Of a DNA stretch of 64,000 nucleotides, positions 1 to 8,265 are shown piece after piece. Source of the DNA: Fimbriosthenelais zetlandica (Eukaryota); NCBI GenBank assembly GCA_977030845.1, contig OZ365113.1, positions 28,954,001 through 29,018,000 of the forward strand, given 5' to 3'. Below the pieces are notes generated by a model. It had not been told where the DNA came from. It saw only the letters and a list, made by a program, of their open reading frames with translations, and ran no database searches. Made by a program: the position numbers and the translations under genes. Positions within the stretch are counted from its first letter, which is position 1; each line of letters opens with the position of its first letter.

Positions 1-605
1 CTAAATATTCAGAGAAATCTGAAATTATTCAAGTTCACACCGGGTCTCTAAAATGGCGAAATTTGAAGTAAAAACAGGAGATTGACTCTTATCATCTAAG
101 TGGAGATGGTTATCACCTGAAGTTCATCTGATTAAGATGGATTCATTCACTTAGAGTATTATGTTTTATTTTATTATCGGTTCCAATTGGGATTTCAGTC
201 TGGTCCTTATCGGTATATCGTCTTAATGGCAAATTTATCTATACACATTCCAAATTAGATTATCATAAATGTGTCAAGGATTTGTCAAGTCTAGGCCCAC
301 AGTACAAGTTGCTAAATACATTTTTTCTTAACCCTCCCTAATAATAATATAATATATCATTACTTCTTTTTTTTTAATATATATAATATTATATTATCCC
401 CCCAGGACAGGGGTCCACCACCTGCTAGGCCTCAGGCTTCCAATGGACCTTGTGTTCTGTCAAACTTCTTATAATTCAATGCAATCTTTTATTTTTTCTC
501 CTTTTCTTTCTTCCACATTATGCCCGGTATCCATGCACGTTATTTATGAAAAAGATGACAGCTGCCTTTCCCATCAGTGTCCCCTCAGATAGGAAAAAGG
601 CTCAC

Positions 606-780
606 CTCTGTTTTGAGATCTTTAAGTTGAACACGGAGGTCGAAGAGCTCGGTGGAGGTGAGTAGGATCGTGCTGAGGGTCTGAATCATGTGAGCAGCAA
701 ACTTGAGATCGTCCTCATGTTGGAGGATCTCAGAGCAACACTTATAGATGTCCTCAGACCGGAGTAACAGGCACAGCTGT
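606..780 (-). CDS. VAC14: VAC14 coding exon 13 (gene continues left of window)
   Basis: tctacag|(R)[58 protein letters not shown]|gtgagc; 175 nt. The C-terminal exons are not in the window. Confidence 0.96.
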
Positions 781-1042
781 CTGTAGAACAGATAAACAGG
801 CAGTTATTTAATAGGCACATAAACAGGGAGATATTTAACAGGCACACCTGTCTGTATAACAGATAAACAGGAATATATTTAAGAGGCACAGCAATCTGTA
901 CAGCAGATAAACAGGGAGATATTTAACAGGCACAGCTGTCTGTACAGCAGATAAACAGGGAGATATTTAACAGGCACAGCTGTCTGTACAGCAGATAAAC
1001 AGGGAGTTATTAAACAGGCACAGCTGTCTGTAGAACAGATAA
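766..1042. repeat. 44-bp minisatellite spanning the VAC14 intron 12/exon 13 junction
   Basis: Unit aacaggcacagctgtctgtacagcagataaacagggagatattt; copies start at 766, 810 (partial), 837, 881, 925, 969 and 1013 (partial). Confidence 0.95.
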
Positions 1043-1088
1043 TCTCTTTTTAATTTTTTAAAAATTTAATTTAAAAACAAATATTTAC

Positions 1089-1378
1089 CTGATGATGAAT
1101 GCGCCTCGCTCCTCCAGTAGCTGTCGATCCGTACTGAACAGTTTGAGCAGGCTCACCATGAACTTGGTGAAGTAGGCATTCATACCGTGCGAGTTCTCTA
1201 CCGCTTTCTTCACCGGGCTGGGGAGAGTGGCGGTCCCTGACTGACCTGGGGCCAGTTGACCCGCCTGAGACGATGAAATCTCGGCCAGAACTTCAAGGTC
1301 TAAGAGAACCACCTCGTCGGAGGGGTCACTGAGGGCTTTTAATAGTAGGGGGAAGAGTTCATCTACATGTCTGAAAAT
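1089..1378 (-). CDS. VAC14: VAC14 coding exon 12
   Basis: catctag|[40 protein letters not shown]...[31 protein letters not shown](R)|gtaaat; 290 nt. Confidence 0.96.
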
Positions 1379-1398
1379 CTAGATGAAGGAGGGAGTGA

Positions 1399-1440
1399 TT
1401 GGTTTGAGGTCACAGCAACGATCAAGGGAGAAGTTGCAAA
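1399..1440. repeat. Dispersed repeat fragment (second copy at ~4204-4252)
   Basis: gattggtttgaggtcacagcaacgatcaa vs gattggtttgaagtctcagcaacgatcaa. Confidence 0.7.
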
Positions 1441-1775
1441 ATCCAATAACTGTTTTATTATAACTTTGGTATTGATCTCTCATAGGTTTATAGTCCAGGA
1501 GATTTACGCTCAAATGGGGGGTAACCCAAAACAAATTGCAATACGAACGAACCATATACCAAATGAAAGCTCAGGAAATGCTCTATTACATAACAAAAGT
1601 TTACAAAAATATACTTAGTGGAATAGGTCTGTTTCCATGGAAACACATAACAACCTCCTTATTTTAGGGTGTTTAAAAAATATTATATTTTAAAAATAAT
1701 GTTGGTATGAATGTTGATGCAACCTAAGCATGTGATACCTCGTATGAAAGAACTCCAAAAGGGCATTCGAATTAT

Positions 1776-2041
1776 GTTCAATTATTCTTCCCCAATTGCA
1801 TCAAAAATCATTGGAAGCCACTTCAGAACCCCCTAAAACACGCGTGGGACGATTTGAAGGCGTTTGAGAATGAAAAAAAATTCATCATTTTTGGCCATTT
1901 TCGACACACCCGGGGCTTACTCGAAAGACCAGATTTCCCAACATTGAAGGTTCAATTATTCCTACCCAATTGCATCAAAAATCATTGGAAGCCACTTCAG
2001 AACCTCCTAAAACTCGTATGGGATGATTTGAAGGCATTTAG
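1776..2041. repeat. Direct duplication of ~92 bp (period 174 bp), probably internal repeats of a non-autonomous transposon
   Basis: gttcaattattc..ccaattgcatcaaaaatcattggaagccacttcagaacc..ctaaaac..gggacgatttgaaggc occurs at 1776 and 1950. Confidence 0.85.
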
Positions 2042-2224
2042 GAACGAATTATTCCATAATCTTTCCTGTATTGGACTTGACTGGCCTTGTACATGCCTAT
2101 AGCAGCAGACCAAGGCATCATACACATCTGAGAAGGACGATGATAAATTTAGAGGCCGCTTGGCAGATGGCATTCAGTTTGAAAACTGTATCGTCTGACA
2201 CTTTCTAATATGAAGAGAACTTAC

Positions 2225-2363
2225 TTTATTGGGAGTTTTGATGTGAAGATGGTAGATCCAACGTAGGGAAGCTATTCTAGTCTGCATAGATTCGTGTAGA
2301 AGTTGTCTGGATAAAACATCTACCATGGACGCTATGTCTAGCTGGATAGCATTGTTCGTATTA
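2225..2363 (-). CDS. VAC14: VAC14 coding exon 11
   Basis: ttttcag|(H)NTNNAIQLDIASMVDVLSRQLLHESMQTRIASLRWIYHLHIKTPNK|gtaagt; 139 nt. Confidence 0.94.
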
Positions 2364-3079
2364 CTGAAAAAATATTAACAATTTTTAATATAATCCTCTA
2401 TTCTTCATGCAAAATCCATTTAAAAGATTTTTGGGTTGAAAAGAATCTTATGCAATCAACTGAGGATAAATAAAATGATTTAAAAAAAAGTAATTCTTTT
2501 TTTAAAAGTAATTCTATTTTATACACAGCTAAATTCCCCAAATAGTTTGCAAAACATTTTAAACAATTTAAATTAAGGGAAACATAATTTTAATCCCATT
2601 TGTCAAAATAAGCCAAAAAGAACATTTGTGGTCTTTAAATCTTCCTATATATTATAAATCCAGGGGAAAACTACTGCGTGTTCTTGACTTAATAATGAAA
2701 TAAACAAACAAGATGATGACTCGTAATTTCACACTACATGAGCTGGCTTCTAGCCGTACTTTATGCCATAGTTTTATAGTCTTGGCACTTTAAGCTGGCA
2801 AGTTGCCAAGAGTAACTCTTATGGGTGTGTATAAGCCAAAATCAATCCAGATCAAAGTGTTTTCTTAATCATATTAAATACATGTAGTTGTAAAGCGAGT
2901 AATTCCTGTTTGTCAAGTAGATAGTCGAGTGATCCAGTGGATATATACAATGGTGGGGCCTGGAACAATTTTTTGAGATTATAACGAGCGCATAACGAAC
3001 ACATTTAGCGTAATATTTAGCCCAACATGCGCCACAAATTTAGCCCTATTTGTTCTCGTTTAGTTTATTGACGACTTAC

Positions 3080-3161
3080 TGGTCTGTGGTTCCACTCTCA
3101 GCTTCTTCAGATTTCTCCTTCGATGTGGATTCTTTCTCTGTTTTTGAGATGACATCTTTAT
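3080..3161 (-). CDS. VAC14: VAC14 coding exon 10 (charged low-complexity linker)
   Basis: cttgcag|(N)KDVISKTEKESTSKEKSEEAESGTTD CA|gtaagt; 82 nt. It is needed to bridge phase 1 (exon 9) to phase 2 (exon 11). Confidence 0.85.
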
Positions 3162-3403
3162 CTGCAAGAATTTCTTTTTTAATTACTAATGTAAGAAGGA
3201 CAACATGCTGTATTCATTTCATTGAAATATTATTTAATATATATTTGCGATTTGGCATGATTTCCCATTAATATTAGTTTAATATCAGTCTGCTCGTGAC
3301 CCTATTAAATTTGCTGTATAAATATTCTAAATTAAAAAATATATAAGAGCCAATGCATCCCAGTTTTTCAATTGTTCATCATTAAAAAAAAATGTAGACC
3401 TAC

Positions 3404-3505
3404 TTTGGATGTTCTCCTTTGAGGGAGATGTGAGATCTTGATCGTCATCTGGACCGACTAGTCTCATGAGACTGGTGTTCACTGCCCGAGCTGCCTCACG
3501 AATAT
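3404..3505 (-). CDS. VAC14: VAC14 coding exon 9
   Basis: gttgag|(N)IREAARAVNTSLMRLVGPDDDQDLTSPSKENIQ A|gtaggt; 102 nt. It aligns by eye with human [23 protein letters not shown]. Confidence 0.92.
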
Positions 3506-3855
3506 CTCAACACATTAAGGCACACTTAACCCATTTCATTATTAGTGAGATTATCGCTTTAATACGTTGGTCGGAAAGTGAGGCTCCACTATCCCCCAAA
3601 AGAGCAAATAGGATTAAAGTATTGACTCAGATTTTGGGGGATGTTCTCAGAACCCATTGGTTTCAAAAGGGTCCTATCTTATCTTCTGAAACTTGGGGAA
3701 CAAATTCCATGTTGACAAATGAGAGTAGTCCATATTAACGATCATGATTACATTACTTTAGCCAAAGTATATGGAAACAAATTTCTACTGTATTCAATGA
3801 TAAACTTATCTGATAAATGTTGGTCCTATATATTTATTGAGTGTTTAAAGGATAC
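3506..3855 (-). other. VAC14: U12-type (minor spliceosome) GT-AG intron, VAC14 intron 8
   Basis: The 5' splice site is GTATCCTTT, an exact U12 consensus. Branch site TGCCTTAAT (3522-3514) lies just before the terminal AG, and there is no polypyrimidine tract. Confidence 0.93.
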
Positions 3856-3993
3856 TCTTTCGTGTATCATCATCGTAGGATAAGCAGGGGAGTACGGCAG
3901 TTATGATACCAGAGGCAAAGGGAAGCATGGTCCGTCCTGACAGGAGGACAAACTCCCGCAGCCAGATAATGGACGTATACTGTATGACATCAT
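3856..3993 (-). CDS. VAC14: VAC14 coding exon 8
   Basis: attacag|(D)[46 protein letters not shown]|gtatcctt; 138 nt. Confidence 0.96.
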
Positions 3994-4502
3994 CTGTAAT
4001 TCAGAAAAAAAACCAGTTCAGATACAGTGCTACTTCACTATCTTGGATCCAACGTTATTTTGGCCATTATATTAAATGACGCAACCCAAGGCGGGATGCC
4101 CCAAACGCCACTTTCAGAGAAGAACTTTTGTCGTATAGATAGTAATTTTAAGGGCGATAAAACTGGACTCTCACATTTGTCAGAAAAATATACGGATAAG
4201 ATTGATTGGTTTGAAGTCTCAGCAACGATCAACGGAAAATGGTGACGTTGCATGATCTTGCAAGCACTCACACTCCACGAGTGAGAAGATAGCGTTGCCT
4301 ATAGCATAATTATAATAGATTCTATTGATGAATTTGTATTGATGAATTTGGAAGATGACCATTGTTCAGCTGGGCTCCAACATCGCCATTTGACTTAGGG
4401 CGAGGCTCCTTCCATAGGTTTCATCATAGACATGGGGAGGAGTTTAAAGGTATGGCTTAGAACAAAAGGGTAGAAGTTGTTTCCCTTATACTGGTGACTT
4501 AC

Positions 4503-4609
4503 CCACTGACTGACTGTGAGTGATCAATATGTTGATCATACTGGAGTAGTCCACTCTGGACGGTGATTTCTGGATGCCCTGGAGGAACTCCCCCAACACT
4601 GCCTCACAC
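4503..4609 (-). CDS. VAC14: VAC14 coding exon 7
   Basis: ttttacag|G CEAVLGEFLQGIQKSPSRVDYSSMINILITHSQSV G|gtaagt; 107 nt, follows an 8540-nt intron. Confidence 0.95.
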
Positions 4610-5402
4610 CTGTAAAATATTAATATTAAAAAATTTAATATTTTCGAATAAAGCTTTGATAATTATGTGACAAGCGTTTATATCGTTGACCTGGATTGGA
4701 TGGTCATTGGTCATTGGTATCACAGATTTGTTCACACATAGCCCCAAGTTTCAGTCAAAACATAAAGTAGTGACAATAGATTACAATGCACCGGAGGCGA
4801 CCGACAACTTGTCCAAAATACATTCACAAAATATAGATCAACTCATATTTCTTTTTAGTTTTGAATAACAAAGATTGTTTACAATGATTTAGGGTCTACA
4901 ACACGCTCAAGCAATAAACTTCCTAGTTATAATGCAGTTAGAAGTCACTCTCCTAGTACAATGATATATTCATTAATATATTTTATATTCATAAACATAA
5001 CCATGTAGACAAGGTTATTCCATTAAGCAGGATGTGCGAATAAAAGGTTACCAGAAGTATAATAGATAATTTGAATGATATATAGTTCATAATAACCATT
5101 AATTTGCCCTGGATTCGAGGTCAAGTCGAGATCTTGACCCAGCGTCAATTATTATGTAATAGATTAAGATGCAGCATACAGGGAACACAAATAGTAGATT
5201 AGTTAGAAGTGGTTCATGAATTGAAATGGTCCTTCCCCGATCTGTTTAAATATTTTAATGAGAGCTAGTCAGAATAAATGTTGTATATCTTTGTTAAAAT
5301 GAGGCAGTTACTATTATTAGATATTTCCAATCTTTAATAATTTAACTCGATTTATAATATATTGGTACAGTACTACAATATACGGAATCAATGAGTGCAT
5401 TA

Positions 5403-5489
5403 ATGGATAAATGAATGGATGAATGAATGAATGAATGAATGAATGAATAGATGAATGAATGAACGAATGAATGAATGAATGGATGAATG
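5403..5489. repeat. (GAAT)n/(GGAT)n microsatellite
   Basis: Direct inspection. Confidence 0.95.
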
Positions 5490-5809
5490 GGGGGGGGGGG
5501 ATTTGTGATTGATGGCAAGAAGTAGAGAAAAGGATGAAAGGAAGGACATAGTCATAGGACAGGGAAAACGAGGGGAAAAGAAGGGATTACAGGGGAATAA
5601 AGGAAAATAATGAATAATTGACCCATTGAAAAGAAAAGAAGCATCAACAATATCTCATGTGTATACTCTCCACTCTCTGAAAACTTTATTTTTTCTATAC
5701 AAAATAACAATCACACGGATTAAAAAAGAACTCTCCAAAATTCACATGAAGCACACAACGCAAATCACTGAATCACTGTCCTTTCAACTCACATGCTAAA
5801 ACAGTAATC

Positions 5810-6388
5810 TTACTTTGCCCAGACGGAGTCTTGAATGTCACACGAGACTTTGCCTTGATCGAGGGAGAGCACATAAGTACTTTTTCCTTTAAACACAAGT
5901 ACTTGATGAGAGTTCTTCATGGTATAGCTATAACCCCAAACATATGGACCATTTAACAGTTTCAATGCCTTCTGGTCCAAGACTCTCTCTTCAACTTCTC
6001 CCTCTTTCTCGGTGAAGAAAATGTCCTTAGTTTTAGTCTCTAAGAATGGTAATTCCGCTTCAAATTTCTTCTCATCCAAAAATACATTTTGTAATCCATT
6101 GGATTCACAGAAATCTGCTTCACCGTGGTCTCTTAGTACCGTTTCTTCAATATTGTCCGTTAGAAACCCCATCTGGGCCATGTTTTGGGTATGTGATCTG
6201 TTTTTCAAAGGAAAAGCCTCCAAAGAAATTTCCTTGATTCTGCCTTTCCTTCTCTGATTGGCCTCCAAAGGGAAGTCCTGGGGGGCCATTGTAAATAATT
6301 GTCTTTGTGTGTTTTCTGCCTTCAGACAATTTCCATGTTGGTTAAGGCGCTTAATTTTGTGTATAATAGTATCTGAATCGTCAGTCAA
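5810..6388 (-). CDS. Orphan intronless ORF, 192 codons (unknown; possibly viral/mobile-element derived)
   Basis: Second-longest ORF in the track, K/E-rich and protein-like (…LNGPYVWGYSYTMK…). I recognise no family motif. It begins at TTG, with a short ATG-led ORF (6456-6385) overlapping in another frame. Confidence 0.45.
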   Translation of the reverse strand: MTDDSDTIIHKIKRLNQHGNCLKAENTQRQLFTMAPQDFPLEANQRRKGRIKEISLEAFPLKNRSHTQNMAQMGFLTDNIEETVLRDHGEADFCESNGLQNVFLDEKKFEAELPFLETKTKDIFFTEKEGEVEERVLDQKALKLLNGPYVWGYSYTMKNSHQVLVFKGKSTYVLSLDQGKVSCDIQDSVWAK

Positions 6389-6483
6389 TGAATAATTTTA
6401 TGTACAATCTCACGGCAATGACCAACGTAATGGCAACCAGTCAAGGCAAATTCCATATTTGATCCGACTTAGTTTATCTTATG

Positions 6484-6585
6484 TTACCGGCGCCAAGTTT
6501 CTTCATGTTTGCATCTTTTTCCATCAAGCCAAATAACTAAAATGGTGAATATTCCAAGCAGTGTCAGCAGCACGAACACTGCCAT
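6484..6585 (-). CDS. Putative single-TM microprotein S2 (33 aa)
   Basis: MAVFVLLTLLGIFTILVIWLDGKRCKHEETWRR*; start context AAAATATGG (A at -3, G at +4). Confidence 0.4.
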   Translation of the reverse strand: MAVFVLLTLLGIFTILVIWLDGKRCKHEETWRR

Positions 6586-6914
6586 ATTTTGTTGGGCGTC
6601 AAAATTTTACAATTAAATGTGCACAAACTTATTTTTCAATCGTAGTATATCGAGGGAATTCAATATATTTTTTATAAATATTACTAGCCACTATATCACA
6701 CTTTTACACAGTCAGGTCAAAAATCATGAAAAATATGTAGACATGTATAGTCTTTAGGAAACAATGATGCGTTAAATTCCAATCCGTATTTTCAGTTCAT
6801 ATCAAAAATGACATCATCTGTATTCCAGTTCCAGTGTCCGTTGAATTTATCCAAGTCTGTACCAGGATTTTTGAGCTGGGGAGATAATTAGAGATAATGG
6901 TTCATAGATAATTA

Positions 6915-7031
6915 TCATACCTCTTCGTATTCCGCTCTGGCTCTGCGTCCTTCAAGCCAGCATTGGTAGAAAGCTAGACCAACCATAACGCCAACAATGA
7001 CAAAAGTTACTGTCAAAATCACCACTACCAT
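6915..7031 (-). CDS. Putative single-TM microprotein S1 (38 aa)
   Basis: MVVVILTVTFVIVGVMVGLAFYQCWLEGRRARAEYEEV*; start context ATTATGG (A at -3, G at +4). Confidence 0.4.
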   Translation of the reverse strand: MVVVILTVTFVIVGVMVGLAFYQCWLEGRRARAEYEEV

Positions 7032-7429
7032 AATTACCTTTAAACACCCTATTCTAATGTTCAGTTAATTATTAACTTGATTTTTGTAGTGGTTTCGCTC
7101 TCCTTCCGACCTCACAGGTTGTGAGTCTTTTATCAGTTGTGAAGCAAATTGATGTCAAAATGAAGTACAAGTAATGAATTTGAATTTATATCTCAATGTT
7201 TATCAATGATATGGATGGGTATTTGAGTAGGTCCAATGTCTAAGCTGCCATATTCGGGCAACTACACTCTCACTCTGTTGTCCATGAAAATATCCTGAAT
7301 ATTTCAATTTTCATCCAAAGTAATATTTCCTTTGAATACAGCGCTCTTCAAGCCATTGTGAAATTGGCTAGATAACAAAAATCCCATGAAAGATAATATT
7401 ATATTGATTAGCCTAATGTGTCGACCAAG

Positions 7430-7690
7430 TGGGAATTTCTCCAGTGGTCCAGACTGGTCCAGAGTGTGTGGGCACAAGTGTAGGTCCTCTCAGCTGGTGT
7501 AGAGGTATTTGTGTTATAGGTTATAATCTATGGTATATGGAATATGTCTCATGCTCTCAGAAGCAGCTTGCCACACATGTAATGCACCAGAGAGAAAACG
7601 TGCGGCCTTTTAAGCGAACTAGTGGTCAATTCATTGTTCTAGACCAATGGGCTCTTAGCTTAAGGTATATATTTAGAGTATGATTAAGGG
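7430..7690 (-). mobile_element. Decayed LINE 3'-end fragment
   Basis: The minus frame gives KAARFLSGALHVWQAASESMR with stops, resembling the C-terminal 'CYAGATEWNALP' segment of the adjacent LINE ORF. Confidence 0.35.
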
Positions 7691-8265
7691 GATGCTATTG
7701 GTCGGTGTAAGGGTGGGTGTGAATGCTTGTGTAGGGGTGGGGCGGGGGGGGGGGGGGGTGTTTGTTATGTGTGGATTCGGGGTAAGAGTGACAGTGGATA
7801 GGATGCTGAAGGGGTGTGGCTTAGCGTGCATCTATAAATGGCGTATTGTTTTTACGCCTTTGTATGCCTTGATGTTGTTATGTTTTCTTTCATCCAGCCA
7901 AAGTTTGTGTTTAATGTATTCCTTAATTATTCTTTCCCTTTCATCTATTCCACCAATAGGTCTCATCTTTAAATTCTTCCTCCTCGATTTTCTGCCTTTT
8001 CAGTGATTTAAAAAAAATAAATTTTCATAATTTCCAGGTATTATTATACAGCCGATATCTTGTGCAATATTTGTTTTTTGTTTTTGAAGCATACTGAGGA
8101 TTCATACACAATAATAAGTTTTTCAAGCCTAGTTTTGAATAATTGAATATTGCGTCATGGGATTTCCGGTAAGGATGATAATACATGTAGTGCATTAATT
8201 AAATACAAGTAGGCATTGAGAGAAAGCTAAACAGGTAGGGGTGGGGTTTAGATTAAGAAGTTATA

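Noticed and set aside
7090-7140. Hammerhead-like string on the minus strand (CTGATAA…hairpin…GGAA/CGAAAC)
   Set aside because: Both catalytic boxes are mutated and helix I is not identifiable. At most it is a very decayed relic.
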